Source of the DNA: Trypanosoma brucei
Lineage: Eukaryota
Direction of reading: 5' to 3'
Assembly: GCA_000002445.1 (NCBI GenBank)
Contig: CP000070.1
Location: 32,001 to 96,000 of the forward strand
DNA length: 64,000 nt
A program made the position numbers and the translations under genes. Positions 31,543-43,753 of the stretch are shown in pieces. The notes beneath the pieces were generated by a model. The model did not search any database, was not told the origin of the DNA, and was given only the letters and a program-made list of their open reading frames with translations. The number at the start of each line of letters is the position of its first letter. Positions within the stretch are counted from its first letter, which is position 1.

Positions 31543-33971
31543 TATGGGGAAGCATAGAGGAGAATTGTTTCGATCCTCTCTTACAACAAATGTGGCAGGC
31601 AGTACATAACACCGATAGCATGGAAAACAAAACCATAGGCGTCACTCTATTTTCTCACCTTACCCCCTCCCCCCAATAACAGATGCGGCGTCAAGTGGTG
31701 AAAGTTGTCTTGCACAAACAACACAATATCGAGTAATTTGTAGCGCCTTTTTTTTTCTTGTTTAACTGTTAGTACGAGGAGAACATCATGATTGTTATTC
31801 CATTTTTTTCCTCGCGCGGCGTTGAAGGTGCTGAAAGTAAAAGTATGAAAACATTATCGAAATGAGTATAACCGCCAGGCATAGGAGCAACATCCCAAAC
31901 ACCTCAAAAATCACTACATGAGACTCCTTTTCCTTTGAAGCGCGCTCATTTCCATTAAATCCCGCATCGGTTACATTTGGAAATGAGGCCCCAACCAACA
32001 GAAAGTTATAAAATGCCAACATCCCAACACCTGTTGGTTGCGCACCGCAGCGCGAAATAGTAATTATACCAAAAATATGCTTACCTTTCCCCCCTTACGA
32101 TTCCTAATTTAAGAAACAATAATTCCCCCCTCCTCCAACCTGAGTGTGCTATTAATCAAATAAAAACAACAATAACAATAACATGAACATGAACACAATG
32201 GAGTTGGTGACTGGTTAAGTAACACTGAGCCGCGTTACAGCCAACTTCGAACATAACAATGTAACAAGAGGCGCCGTATGGAAAGTGCCGTTTGTTGTCT
32301 GAAATTACAGCCTAAGGATTGGCGCAGCACACATTACTCATATGATAATCTCACTTTTGCAATTCAGATATTGGGAAATGCAACCTTCCGCAAACCCCAT
32401 CATCACGCATTTCCATTTAAAAAGGGGTTTAAACCTGATAAAAAAAAAAAAAGAAAGCAAAGAGAAAATGTTATCCTCCTCCACCCCTGTTGTGTGGAGA
32501 CTAAAAAAGCGGACGTTACTGAAAAGCCATTGTTAGTTTCGTGACCAAACACGCATGATTAGAGAACCATTTACGCACCATTACGAACCGTCTCGCTTCA
32601 CCGTGCAACAATTAAAGCTGCAAAGATATGAAAAAAAAAAATGAGTTCCAGAATTGCATTGCCACGGCGACGCGATAATGCGATGAAAGATAAATGTCTA
32701 TAAAAAAAATATATGACCAAATCGGTATTAAAAATTTTAAAAACAGCGTACTTCATTACATAACATAACACTGCACTACAAAGCAACCCACCACCATAAT
32801 GGAGCGAATGCAAAAACACAATGCCCAGTGAAAAAAAAAACGCAAGTGGAAAGACATTCTACAACAGCGACCAAATCATGCATTAAACAAATTCCTTTCC
32901 CTCCAATAAAACTCACATTCGGTTAATTACACACCTGGCGCCCACAAGTCAAAATGTGCAATGCGCTAAAGATGTTGTGACTGCAGGATTGTACATCTCA
33001 AATAACATTCTCACAAGTATTGACTCTTCCGGCAGGTCTTCCAACTGAAGGTACGAATAATCAAACGCCGTCAACTCGCAACATTTAAAAGAAAATTATT
33101 TCTCTCCTTTCTTTCAGGGACTTTGAAATTGGAGGTTCTGCACAAATCCTCAATCCTCCGGCAGGTGTAAGCTCCACTTCATTTCAGTGGTCAGATACAT
33201 AACTAAATGAAAGTAAAGTATAACTAAACGACAGAGAGATTAAAGCAAAGGGGAAAACAAGTAACGACACTTACAAACAAGAAACAAGATAGTAAAATAA
33301 GTAAGTGGAAAGAAACTTAGGGAATCTAGAAGAAACATGCAGATGAAATAAAAAGAATATGGAGTCCCAAAACACATCACAACGATAAAAACTGAATACC
33401 CCATGACAATAAAAATGGAAACAATTGTGTGGAAGAAAACACTGACAAAATAAATAAAAATAAAATAACAATATCACTATTTGAAAAAAAAAAAGAATCA
33501 AGGGCAAAACGAGTCAGATAAAATAGCAGATGGGTATAGCCGCTATTTGAACACTTTCACAATAAATCCATCAACAAACGATGGGTAAGATGCGGTGTCT
33601 CAACAATGCAGCGTCTGCACACAGAAATCTCCAGTGTCATGTGCCCACCCGAATGTTTAAAGACGCCACACCAATAGGATAGCATTTAAAAAACAATAAT
33701 AACAGAAAAGATAAATATGTGGGAGACGTATGGTTTAAAAAAATGAGTAAAAAGACTTTTTTGTAGCACTGGTGCGGTACGTAAAAATTTAGTATACCAT
33801 TGAATTAAATAAGAATATAATAATGAAACGACCAGCGAAGAAAGCATAGGGGTGAGAAACGCCGTAAGTGGCCCCTCCCGTTGCAGTAGCGCCCTGTAAA
33901 CACGTGTTTAGCTAACGCCTAACTTCGACCTGTCGACACGGTAAGAGGATTAGGGAAACAGTTGACAGCTT

Positions 33972-35120
33972 TTAAAAATGTGCGGCAGCACTGTGAGAAA
34001 GTGCTGCAAGAAGGATCAGTAATGTGTATCCTCCTATAGATTCTGCATAGCTGCCGTCATTACCAACTTCTGCTTCCTCACCCTCATCGTCACCCAATTC
34101 CTGCACATGATCATCGTCAGAAATTTCCACTTTTCCTTCAGGATCCTTCTTCGGTACTTCCTCAACTTCCGTTCTTTCCGTCTTTTCCTTGTCCTCTGGA
34201 ACCTCCACGTTTCCTTCAGGATCCTTCTTCGGTACTTCCTCAACTTCCGTTCTTTCCGTCTTTTCCTTGTCCTCTGGAACCTCCACGTTTCCTTCAGGAT
34301 CCTTCTTCGGTACTTCCTCAACTTCCGTTCTTTCCGTCTTTTCCTTGTCCTCTGGAACCTCCACGTTTCCCTCAAATTCCTCCCTCGAAATCTCTTGAAC
34401 ATCCGCTTTTTCCGTCTCTGCCGTCCTTTCGGCTTCCTCAGCTGCCTTGTGTGCGTTGCTTTCAGCTGCCCTTGCTGCAACTCTTGCTTCGCTGGCACGC
34501 CGCACAGCAGCCTCTAATTGATCATATTCCGCCCTGAGATCAGCCATACCATCCGTCAAGATTTTGCAGATATCGCCAGTGAAGAACTCACACCCAAATT
34601 CCACAGCCTTTTTCAGCACCCAGGAGTTAACTCCTCTATTTGGGAGACTGCAGCCTCTCGCAATTCGTCTTGCAGTACTGGCGGCACTATTGTCCTCTGC
34701 AACACTTTTCAGATAATCATCAACCGGAGCGGTCTTTCCGGCTGCGAGCAGTGGGGCACGGGCCGCGTATTGCTCCACATCCGACAGGGCCGTCTTGGCG
34801 GCATTCTCCGCGCTCTCTGCTTCCTTTAGGGCAGCGCGAGCGCGTCCGACGGCCTCCTCCACCTTGGGAGTACTCGAAAAGGCATCCTCCGCTCGTCTCA
34901 CGGCATCTTGGCAACCTTCTCTCGCTTTAGAGGCATCCGAGACATTCGCTGCCGCCAACGCTTTGAGGGCCTTCACACCGAAGGGTATTCCATGCAGCGC
35001 TTCTGAAAAGAGACATGCCGCACTTACATGGCTCACTGTGTTTTGAGACCCTTCCTCAATTATGGAGTCGGCGGTGACATACGTAAGTATAGCAAGCAAG
35101 CACAAAAAACGGGCAGTCAT
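33972..35120 (-). CDS. Ala/Glu-rich predicted GPI-anchored surface protein, array copy 1 (382 aa, subtype A, three 26-aa repeats)
   Basis: N-terminal signal peptide MTARFLCLLAILTYVTADS. ~20% Ala, acidic. 5-6 conserved Cys. 3 x EGNVEVPEDKEKTERTEVEEVPKKDP. C-terminal GNDGSYAESIGGYTLLILLAALSHSAAAHF (small-residue omega region + hydrophobic tail = GPI signal). Possibly related to GARP/BARP-type alanine-rich trypanosome surface proteins; not verified. Confidence 0.8.
   Translation of the reverse strand: MTARFLCLLAILTYVTADSIIEEGSQNTVSHVSAACLFSEALHGIPFGVKALKALAAANVSDASKAREGCQDAVRRAEDAFSSTPKVEEAVGRARAALKEAESAENAAKTALSDVEQYAARAPLLAAGKTAPVDDYLKSVAEDNSAASTARRIARGCSLPNRGVNSWVLKKAVEFGCEFFTGDICKILTDGMADLRAEYDQLEAAVRRASEARVAARAAESNAHKAAEEAERTAETEKADVQEISREEFEGNVEVPEDKEKTERTEVEEVPKKDPEGNVEVPEDKEKTERTEVEEVPKKDPEGNVEVPEDKEKTERTEVEEVPKKDPEGKVEISDDDHVQELGDDEGEEAEVGNDGSYAESIGGYTLLILLAALSHSAAAHF
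34130..34365 (-). repeat. 78-bp in-frame tandem repeat (3 copies) inside surface gene copy 1
   Basis: ttccttcaggatccttcttcggtacttcctcaacttccgttctttccgtcttttccttgtcctctggaacctccacgt is repeated with period 78. Copy 2 has 2 copies (~37290-37445), copy 5 has 1, copies 3 and 4 have none. Confidence 0.85.
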
Positions 35121-35394
35121 GATTATCCCGAATTGCTGTAGTGGTAGTTGTTAAAATGAATGTTAAGTCTAAATGCAGGCAACAGTAGGAAAGAGTGGGT
35201 AAATGTTTGTATTAATAATTTCCCCCCTCGTGGAAAGCAGTTGTAACATGGGAGGAGGCATGGATGTTGTTCTTTTTGTGATTTTTAAAATTTTTTGTGT
35301 TCAATTTTCTGAGCATTGCTTTATTGGAAGAGATGACGGGACTTATTGCTTTTTCACAGTTGCCGTCGCTAACGGTAGTTGCGTTTCACTATGG

Positions 35395-36071
35395 TTATTC
35401 TTTCGACTGTCCCTGTTCAGCTATAAGTTCTCGAATGGCGATTGTGCTTCCAGATTTTATACTTGCAGTTTTTAATCGGGAGAGAACGCTTTCCAGTCGC
35501 TCGAAAGGATCATCACTAACTGCAGCCAGAATGCTTTTCAAATAACTCAAGTCGGTTACAAGTTGTTCTACTGCAAGGGCCGCAGCATCGTCGCTATTAA
35601 GTGGGAAACACATTGTAATGTTTTGTCAGGAAAGAACTGAAGAACGGCCTTTACAGCTTCCATCAGTCCATTCATAACTACTTGAAATCGATCATACTTC
35701 ATGATAGATTGCGAATCCTTTAAGAGGTCTTCCACGCGCTCTGCTTCTCGCCGTGCAAATGATTCCAGCACCTTAGGTTGCTCGAATATGTGTGCAAGCT
35801 CAGTTTGAGTATAAAAATTAATTTGCTCTGCAATATCGTCCCGCCTACACAAACTGTTTTTAACGTTTCTTCCGTCCTCAGCACCAACACATACCTTCGG
35901 AGGAGTAGAATCAATTTTAATACTAAGCTGCCTTACTGCCTCAAAGCAGGAAATAAGCTCAACATTCCTCTCCACACACTGCAAAATGGGAGTTAAGCAA
36001 GTGGAAAGACATTCTACAACAGCGATCAAATCATGCATTAAACAAACTCCTTTCCCTCCAATAAAACTCAC
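35395..36071 (-). pseudogene. Truncated 3' fragment of the 784-aa (COG7-like) gene with a ~630-bp internal deletion (array unit 1)
   Basis: ORFs 35568..36071 and 35395..35613 together reproduce the C-terminal region of the intact gene (…ECLSTCLTPILQCVERN… and …LAVEQLVTDLSYLKSILAAV…AEQGQSKE). They lack the 5' two-thirds. Deletion junction at taatg|ttttgtcagg. Confidence 0.85.
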
Positions 36072-37131
36072 ATTCGGTTAATTACACACCTGGCGCCCAC
36101 AAGTCAAAATGTGCAATGCGCTAAAGATGTTGTGACTGCAGGATTGTACATCTCAAATAATATTCTCACAAGTATTGACTCTTCCGGCAGGTCTTCCAAC
36201 TGAAGGTACGAATAATCAAACGCCGTCAACTCGCAACATTTAAAGGAAAATTATTTCTCTCCTTTCCTTCAGAGACTTTGAAATTGGAGGTTCTGCACAA
36301 ATCCTCAATCCTCCGGCAGGTGTAAGCTCCACTTCATTTCAGTGGTCAGATACATAACTAAATGAAAGTAAAGTATAACTAAACGACAGAGAGATTAAAG
36401 CAAAGGGGAAAACAAGCAACGACACTTACAAACAAGAAACAAGATAGTAAAATAAGTAAGTGGAAAGAAACTTAGGGAATCTAGAAGAAACATGCAGATG
36501 AAATAAAAAGAATATGGAGTCCCAAAACACATCGCAACGATAAAAACTGAATACCCCATGACAATAAAAATGGAAACAATTGTGTGGAGGGAAGGGTTAT
36601 AAAAGAAAAAAAATAATAATAATGTTATCGTCTTTTTTTATCAAAAAAAATAAATAAATAAAAATGAAGTGAAGCAGATAAAATAGCAGATGGGTATAGC
36701 CGCTATTTGAACACTTTCACAATAAATCCATCAACAAACGATGGGTAAGATGCGGTGTCTCGACAATGCAGCGTCTGCACACAGAAATCTACAGTGTCAT
36801 GCGCCCACCCGAATGTTTAAAGACGCCACACCAATAGGATAGCATTTAAAAAACAATAATAACAGAAAAGATAAATATGTGGGAGACGTATGGTTCAAAA
36901 AAATGAGTAAAAAGACTTTTTTGTAGCACTGGTGCGGTACGTAAAAATTTAGTATACCATTGAATTAAATAAGAATATAATAATGAAACGACCAGCGAAG
37001 AAAGCATAGGGGTGAGAAACGCCGTAAGTGGCCCCTCCCGTTGCAGTAGCGCCCTGTAAACACGTGTTTAGCTAACGCCTAACTTCGACCTGTCGACACG
37101 GTAAGAGGATTAGGGAAACAGTTGACAGCTT

Positions 37132-38202
37132 TTAAAAATGTGCGGCAGCACTGTGAAAAAGTGCTGCAAGAAGGATCAGTAATGTGTATCCTCCTATAGA
37201 TTCTGCATAGCTGCCGTCATTACCAACTTCTGCTTCCTCACCCTCATCGTCACCCAATTCCTGCACATGATCATCGTCAGAAATTTCCACTTTTCCCTCA
37301 GGATCCTTCTTCGGTACTTCCTCAACTTCCGTTCTTTCCGTCTTTTCCTTGTCCTCTGGAACCTCCACGTTTCCTTCAGGATCCTTCTTCGGCACTTCCT
37401 CAACTTCCGTTCTTCCCGTCTTTTCCTTGTCCTCTGGAACCTCCACGTTTCCCTCAAATTCCTCCCTCGAAATCTCTTGAACATCCGCTTCTTCCGTCTC
37501 TGCCGTCCTTTCGGCTTCCTCAGCTGCCTTGCGTGCGTTGCTTTCAGCTGCCCTTGCTGCAACTCTTGCTTCGCCGGCACGCCGCACAGCAGCCTCTAAT
37601 TGATCATATTCCGCCCTGAGATCAACCATACGCGTCCTCGCGATCCTACATATTTCACCCATGAAAATAGCACATGCGGATTCCACAGCCTGTGTCAGCA
37701 CCCAGGAGTTAACTCCTCTATTTGGGAGACTGCAGCCTCTCGCAATTCGTCTTGCAGTACTGGCGGCACTATTGTCCTCTGCAACACTTTTCAGATAATC
37801 ATCAATCGGAGCGGTCTTTCCGGCTGCGAGCAGTGGGGCACGGGCCGCGTATTGCTCCACATCCGACAGGGCCGTCTTGGCGGCATTCTCCGCGCTCTCT
37901 GCTTCCTTTAGGGCAGCGCGAGCGCGTCCGACGGCCTCCTCCGCTTTGGGATTATTCCAAGAGGCATCCTCCGCTCGTCTCACGGCATCTTGGCAACCTT
38001 CTCTCGCTTTAGAGGCATCCGAGACATTCGCTGCCGCCAACGCTTTGAGGGCCTTCACACCGAAGGGTATTCCATGCAGCGCTTCTGAAAAGAGACATGC
38101 CGCACTTACATGACTCACTGTGTTTTGAGACCCTTCCTCAATTATGGAGTCGGCGGTGACATACGTAAGTATAGCAAGCAAGCACAAAAAACGGGCAGTC
38201 AT
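37132..38202 (-). CDS. Ala/Glu-rich predicted GPI-anchored surface protein, array copy 2 (356 aa, subtype A, two 26-aa repeats)
   Basis: Same signal peptide and GPI signal as copy 1. Differs from copy 1 in the central segment (VLTQAVESACAIFMGEICRIARTRMVDL vs VLKKAVEFGCEFFTGDICKILTDGMADL). Confidence 0.8.
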   Translation of the reverse strand: MTARFLCLLAILTYVTADSIIEEGSQNTVSHVSAACLFSEALHGIPFGVKALKALAAANVSDASKAREGCQDAVRRAEDASWNNPKAEEAVGRARAALKEAESAENAAKTALSDVEQYAARAPLLAAGKTAPIDDYLKSVAEDNSAASTARRIARGCSLPNRGVNSWVLTQAVESACAIFMGEICRIARTRMVDLRAEYDQLEAAVRRAGEARVAARAAESNARKAAEEAERTAETEEADVQEISREEFEGNVEVPEDKEKTGRTEVEEVPKKDPEGNVEVPEDKEKTERTEVEEVPKKDPEGKVEISDDDHVQELGDDEGEEAEVGNDGSYAESIGGYTLLILLAALFHSAAAHF

Positions 38203-38476
38203 GATTATCCCGAGTTGCTGTAGTGGTAGTTGTTAAAATGAATGTTAAGTCTAAATGCAGGCAACAGTAGGAAAGAGTGGGTAAATGTTTGTATTAATAA
38301 TTTCCCCCCTCGTGGAAAGCAGTTGTAACATGGGAGGAGGCATGGATGTTGTTCTTTTTGTGATTTTTAAAATTTTTTGTGTTAAATTTTCTGAGCATTG
38401 CTTTATTGGAAGAGATGACGGGACTTATTGCTTTTTCACAGTTGCCGTCGCTAACGGTAGTTGCGTTTCACTATGG

Positions 38477-39775
38477 TTATTCTTTCGACTGTCCCTGTTC
38501 AGCTATAAGTTCTCGAATGGCGATTGTGCTTCCAGATTTTATACTTGCAGTTTTTAATCGGGAGAGAACGCTTTCCAGTCGCTCGAAAGGATCATCACTA
38601 ACTGCAGCCAGAATGCTTTTCAAATAACTCAAGTCGGTTACAAGTTGTTCTACTGCAAGGGCCGCAGCATCGTCGCTATTAAGTGGGAAACACATTATAA
38701 TGTTGGCCACTTTAGACTCAATAAAGTCCGATACCGCCGTGCGCACAATATCATCTAACCAATATTCCGTTACTTCTTCGAGTAACTCTTCAATGCCGTC
38801 GAACCGTCCCTCGCTGCCACCCCGTAATGATTCGAGTGCTAATGGTATTTCCACAATGGCTTCACCAAAGCCGCGCACCATTTCACTAGGCGCAAGATGT
38901 AATGGCGTGTGTAGCACAGAATTGGAAATCACAGCGCTTCCTCCGTTACTCGACTGTAACCTCCAGAGTGGTTGCGACTCATAACCGTCAGCTGTGGCAA
39001 TAACGGGAGCAATGACAGTTTGTTTTATAGCCTGCTGGCATTCAGCAGCACAAATCACCAGTACATTGTTTAGTGGCCGCCACAGCTGTTCACTTAGTTG
39101 ACTATTGATAGACTCAACCTCAGTTGGACGTAGTCGGCGCACCTCCGCAGATTTGACATAGTCTTCGCACATTTTCTGCGTAGACAGAAGCAATTGTTGA
39201 ACAATTTTGCGTAACGCTGAAAGGCGCTCTAACAACTCCGTCTGGTGCGTGTGAGGTGCGGGTTGAAAAAATGTCAGCGACTGGACGAGTGCCACCTTCC
39301 ATCGGCTCACACAGATCGGTAATGTTTTGTCAGGAAAGAACTGAAGAACGGCCTTTACAGCTTCCATCAGTCCATTCATAACTACTTGAAATCGATCATA
39401 CTTCATGATAGATTGCGAATCCTTTAAGAGGTCTTCCACGCGCTCTGCTTCTCGCCGTGCAAATGATTCCAGCACCTTAGGTTGCTCGAATATGTGTGCA
39501 AGCTCAGTTTGAGTATAAAAATTAATTTGCTCTGCAATATCGTCCCGCCTACACAAACTGTTTTTAACGTTTCTTCCGTCCTCAGCACCAACACATACCT
39601 TCGGAGGAGTAGAATCAATTTTAATACTAAGCTGCCTTACTGCCTCAAAGCAGGAAATAAGCTCAACATTCCTCTCCACACACTGCAAAATGGGAGTTAA
39701 GCAAGTGGAAAGACATTCTACAACAGCGACCAAATCATGCATTAAACAAATTCCTTTCCCTCCAATAAAACTCAC
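38477..39775 (-). pseudogene. Truncated 3' fragment (C-terminal 432 codons, undeleted) of the 784-aa gene (array unit 2)
   Basis: Translation is collinear and near-identical to residues ~353-784 of ORF 47933..50287. It begins abruptly at the unit junction. No upstream part of the gene is present. Confidence 0.85.
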
Positions 39776-40834
39776 ATTCGGTTAATTACACACCTGGCGC
39801 CCACAAGTCAAAATGTGCAATGCGCTAAAGATGTTGTGACTGCAGGATTGTACATCTCAAATAATATTCTCACAAGTATTGACTCTTCCGGCAGGTTTTC
39901 CAACTGAAGGTACGAATAATCAAACGCCGTCAACTCGCAACATTTAAAAGAAAATTATTTCTCTCCTTTCTTTCAGGGACTTTGAAATTGGAGGTTCTGC
40001 ACAAATCCTCAATCCTCCGGCAGGTGTAAGCTCCACTTCATTTCAGTGGTCAGATACATAACTAAATGAAAGTAAAGTATAACTAAACGACAGAGAGATT
40101 AAAGCAAAGGGGAAAACAAGCAACGACACTTACAAACAAGAAACAAGATAGTAAAATAAGTAAGTGGAAAGAAACTTAGGGAATCTAGAAGAAACATGCA
40201 GATGAAATAAAAAGAATATGGAGTCCCAAAACACATCGCAACGATAAAAACTGAATACCCCATGACAATAAAAATGGAAACAATTGTGTGGAGGGAAGGG
40301 TTATAAAAGAAAAAAAATAATAATAATGTTATCGTCTTTTTTTATCAAAAAAAATAAATAAATAAAAATGAAGTGAAGCAGATAAAATAGCAGATGGGTA
40401 TAGCCGCTATTTGAACACTTTCACAATAAATCCATCAACAAACGATGGGTAAGATGCGGTGTCTCAACAATGCAGCGTCTGCACACAGAAATCTCCAGTG
40501 TCATGTGCCCACCCGAATGTTTAAAGACGCCACACCAATAGGATAGCATTTAAAAAACAATAATAACAGAAAAGATAAATATGTGGGAGACGTATGGTTT
40601 AAAAAAATGAGTAAAAAGACTTTTTTGTAGCACTGGTGCGGTACGTAAAAATTTAGTATACCATTGAATTAAATAAGAATATAATAATGAAACGACCAGC
40701 GAAGAAAGCATAGGGGTGAGAAACGCCGTAAGTGGCCCCTCCCGTTGCAGTAGCGCCCTGTAACACGTGTTTAGCTAACGCCTAACTTCGACCTGTCGAC
40801 ACGGTAAGAGGATTAGGGAAACAGTTGACAGCTT

Positions 40835-41746
40835 TTAAAAATGTGCGGCAGCACTGTGAAAAAGTGCTGCAAGAAGGATCAGTAATGTGTATCCTCCTAT
40901 AGATTCTGCATAGCTGCCGTCATTACCAACTTCTGCTTCCTCACCCTCATCGTCACCCAATTCCTGCACATGATCATCGTCAGAAATTTCCACTTTTCCT
41001 TCAGGATCCTTCTTCGGCACTTCCTTAACTTTCGCTTTTTCCGTCTCTGCCGTCCTTTCGGCTTCCTCAGCTGCCTTGTGTGCGTTGCTTTCAGCTGCCC
41101 TTGCTGCAACTCTTGCTTCGCTGGCACGCCGCACAGCAGCCTCTAATTGATCATATTCCGCCCTGAGATCAGCCATACGCGCCCTCGCAGTGTTGCAGAT
41201 AACTGTCATGAAAACGGCACAACCGGATTCCACAGCCTGTGTCAGTACCCAGGAACTAACTTCAAGTGGGGCATTGCAGTCTCTCGCAATTCGTCTTGCA
41301 GTACTGGCGGCACTATTGTCCTCTGCAACACTTTTCAGATAATCATCAACCAGAGCTACATTGTTGTTCGCGAGCGCTGAGGCATTGGCAGCGTATTGCT
41401 CCACATCCGACAGGGCCGTCTTGGCGGCATTCTCCGCGCTCTCTGCTTCCTTTAGGGCAGCGCGAGCGCGTCCGACGGCCTCCTCCACCTTGGGAGTACT
41501 CGAAAAGGCATCCTCCGCTCGTCTCACGGCATCTTGGCAACCTTCTCTCGCTTTAGAGGCATCCGAGACATTCGCTGCCGCCGACGTCTTGAACACTTTG
41601 ACACTGTTGGGTACTCCATGCAGCGCTTCCGACATGAGACATGCCGCACTTACATGACTCACTGTGTCTTGAAACCCTTCCCCACCTTTGGGACCGGTGG
41701 TGACATACATAAGTATAGCAAGCAAGCACAAAAAACGGGCAGTCAT
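40835..41746 (-). CDS. Ala/Glu-rich predicted GPI-anchored surface protein, array copy 3 (303 aa, subtype B, no 26-aa repeat)
   Basis: Shares signal peptide, Cys positions, central Ala-rich helical region and GPI signal. Divergent N-terminal third (TTGPKGGEGFQDTVSHVSAACLMSEALHGVPNSVKVFKTSAAANV…ANASALANNNVALVDDY…). Confidence 0.8.
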   Translation of the reverse strand: MTARFLCLLAILMYVTTGPKGGEGFQDTVSHVSAACLMSEALHGVPNSVKVFKTSAAANVSDASKAREGCQDAVRRAEDAFSSTPKVEEAVGRARAALKEAESAENAAKTALSDVEQYAANASALANNNVALVDDYLKSVAEDNSAASTARRIARDCNAPLEVSSWVLTQAVESGCAVFMTVICNTARARMADLRAEYDQLEAAVRRASEARVAARAAESNAHKAAEEAERTAETEKAKVKEVPKKDPEGKVEISDDDHVQELGDDEGEEAEVGNDGSYAESIGGYTLLILLAALFHSAAAHF

Positions 41747-42020
41747 GATTATCCCGAATTGCTGTAGTGGTAGTTGTTAAAATGAATGTTAAGTCTAAAT
41801 GCAGGCAACAGTAGGAAAGAGTGGGTAAATGTTTGTATTAATAATTTCCCCCCTCGTGGAAAGCAGTTGTAACATGGGAGGAGGCATGGATGTTGTTCTT
41901 TTTGTGATTTTTAAAATTTTTTGTGTTCAATTTTCTGAGCATTGCTTTATTGGAAGAGATGACGGGACTTATTGCTTTTTCACAGTTGCCGTCGCTAACG
42001 GTAGTTGCGTTTCACTATGG

Positions 42021-42693
42021 TTATTCTTTCGACTGTCCCTGTTCAGCTATAAGTTCTCGAATGGCGATTGTGCTTCCAGATTTTATACTTGCACTTTTTA
42101 ATCGGGAGAGAACGCTTTCCAGTCGCTCGAAAGGATCATCACTAACTGCAGCCAGAATGCTTTTCAAATAACTCAAGTCGGTTACAAAATGACAGCGACT
42201 GGACGAGTGCCACCTTCCATCGGCTCACACAGATCGGTAATGTTTTGTCAGGAAAGAACTGAAGAACGGCCTTTACAGCTTCCATCAGTCCATTCATAAC
42301 TACTTGAAATCGATCATACTTCATGATAGATTGCGAATCCTTTAAGAGGTCTTCCACGCGCTCTGCTTCTCGCCGTGCAAATGATTTCAGCACCTTAGGT
42401 TGCTCGAATATGTGTGCAAGCTCAGTTTGAGTATAAAAATTAATTTGCTCTGCAATATCGTCCCGCCTACACAAACTGTTTTTAACGTTTCTTCCGTCCT
42501 CAGCACCAACACATACCTTCGGAGGAGTAGAATCAATTTTAATACTAAGCTGCCTTACTGCCTCAAAGCAGGAAATAAGCTCAACATTCCTCTCCACACA
42601 CTGCAAAATGGGAGTTAAGCAAGTGGAAAGACATTCTACAACAGCGACCAAATCATGCATTAAACAAATTCCTTTCCCTCCAATAAAACTCAC
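42021..42693 (-). pseudogene. Truncated 3' fragment of the 784-aa gene with a ~630-bp internal deletion and frameshift (array unit 3)
   Basis: ORF 42142..42693 matches the intact gene over …ECLSTCLTPILQ…KVALVQSL, then goes out of frame at the deletion junction gttacaa|aatgacagcgactgg. The extreme 3' end through the ancestral stop position (42021) is retained. Confidence 0.85.
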
Positions 42694-43753
42694 ATTCGGT
42701 TAATTACACACCTGGCGCCCACAAGTCAAAATGTGCAATGCGCTAAAGATGTTGTGACTGCAGGATTGTACATCTCAAATAATATTCTCACAAGTATTGA
42801 CTCTTCCGGCAGGTCTTCCAACTGAAGGTACGAATAATCAAACGCCGTCAACTCGCAACATTTAAAAGAAAATTATTTCTCTCCTTTCTTTCAGGGACTT
42901 TGAAATTGGAGGTTCTGCACAAATCCTCAATCCTCCGGCAGGTGTAAGCTCCACTTCATTTCAGTGGTCAGATACATAACTAAATGAAAGTAAAGTATAA
43001 CTAAACGACAGAGAGATTAAAGCAAAGGGGAAAACAAGCAACGACACTTACAAACAAGAAACAAGATAGTAAAATAAGTAAGTGGAAAGAAACTTAGGGA
43101 ATCTAGAAGAAACATGCAGATGAAATAAAAAGAATATGGAGTCCCAAAACACATCGCAACGATAAAAACTGAATACCCCATGACAATAAAAATGGAAACA
43201 ATTGTGTGGAGGGAAGGGTTATAAAAGAAAAAAAATAATAATAATGTTATCGTCTTTTTTTATCAAAAAAAATAAATAAATAAAAATGAAGTGAAGCAGA
43301 TAAAATAGCAGATGGGTATAGCCGCTATTTGAACACTTTCACAATAAATCCATCAACAAACGATGGGTAAGATGCGGTGTCTCAACAATGCAGCGTCTGC
43401 ACACAGAAATCTCCAGTGTCATGTGCCCACCCGAATGTTTAAAGACGCCACACCAATAGGATAGCATTTAAAAAACAATAATAACAGAAAAGATAAATAT
43501 GTGGGAGACGTATGGTTTAAAAAAATGAGTAAAAAGACTTTTTTGTAGCACTGGTGCGGTACGTAAAAATTTAGTATACCATTGAATTAAATAAGAATAT
43601 AATAATGAAACGACCAGCGAAGAAAGCATAGGGGTGAGAAACGCCGTAAGTGGCCCCTCCCGTTGCAGTAGCGCCCTGTAAACACGTGTTTAGCTAACGC
43701 CTAACTTCGACCTGTCGACACGGTAAGAGGATTAGGGAAACAGTTGACAGCTT

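Noticed and set aside
32100-33970. A-rich (plus-strand) ~1.8 kb region flanking the array on the left, with small ORFs (32278..32544, 32598..32819, 33271..33507)
   Set aside because: Homologous to the inter-unit spacers (variant X), so it is spacer/3' UTR sequence of copy 1. The ORFs are low complexity.
34034-34517. Overlapping alternative-frame and antisense ORFs inside the surface genes (e.g. 34034..34498 - strand, Arg/Lys-rich; 34107..34517 + strand, FRSFRLFLVLWNLHV repeats) and their equivalents in the other copies
   Set aside because: Frame shadows of the 78-bp in-frame repeat and of the Ala/Glu-rich coding sequence. The main frame has the signal peptide, GPI signal and conserved Cys.
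35203-35475. 90-aa + strand ORF (MFVLIISPLVESSCNMGGGMDVVLFVIFKIFC…) that recurs in every array unit (also 38285, 41829, 44748, 47741), and the adjacent 82-aa ORFs
   Set aside because: It is conserved only because the whole unit is duplicated. It lies antisense to the - strand run in the 275-400 bp spacer that must hold the surface genes' splice-acceptor and 5' UTR. Low complexity; no start context.
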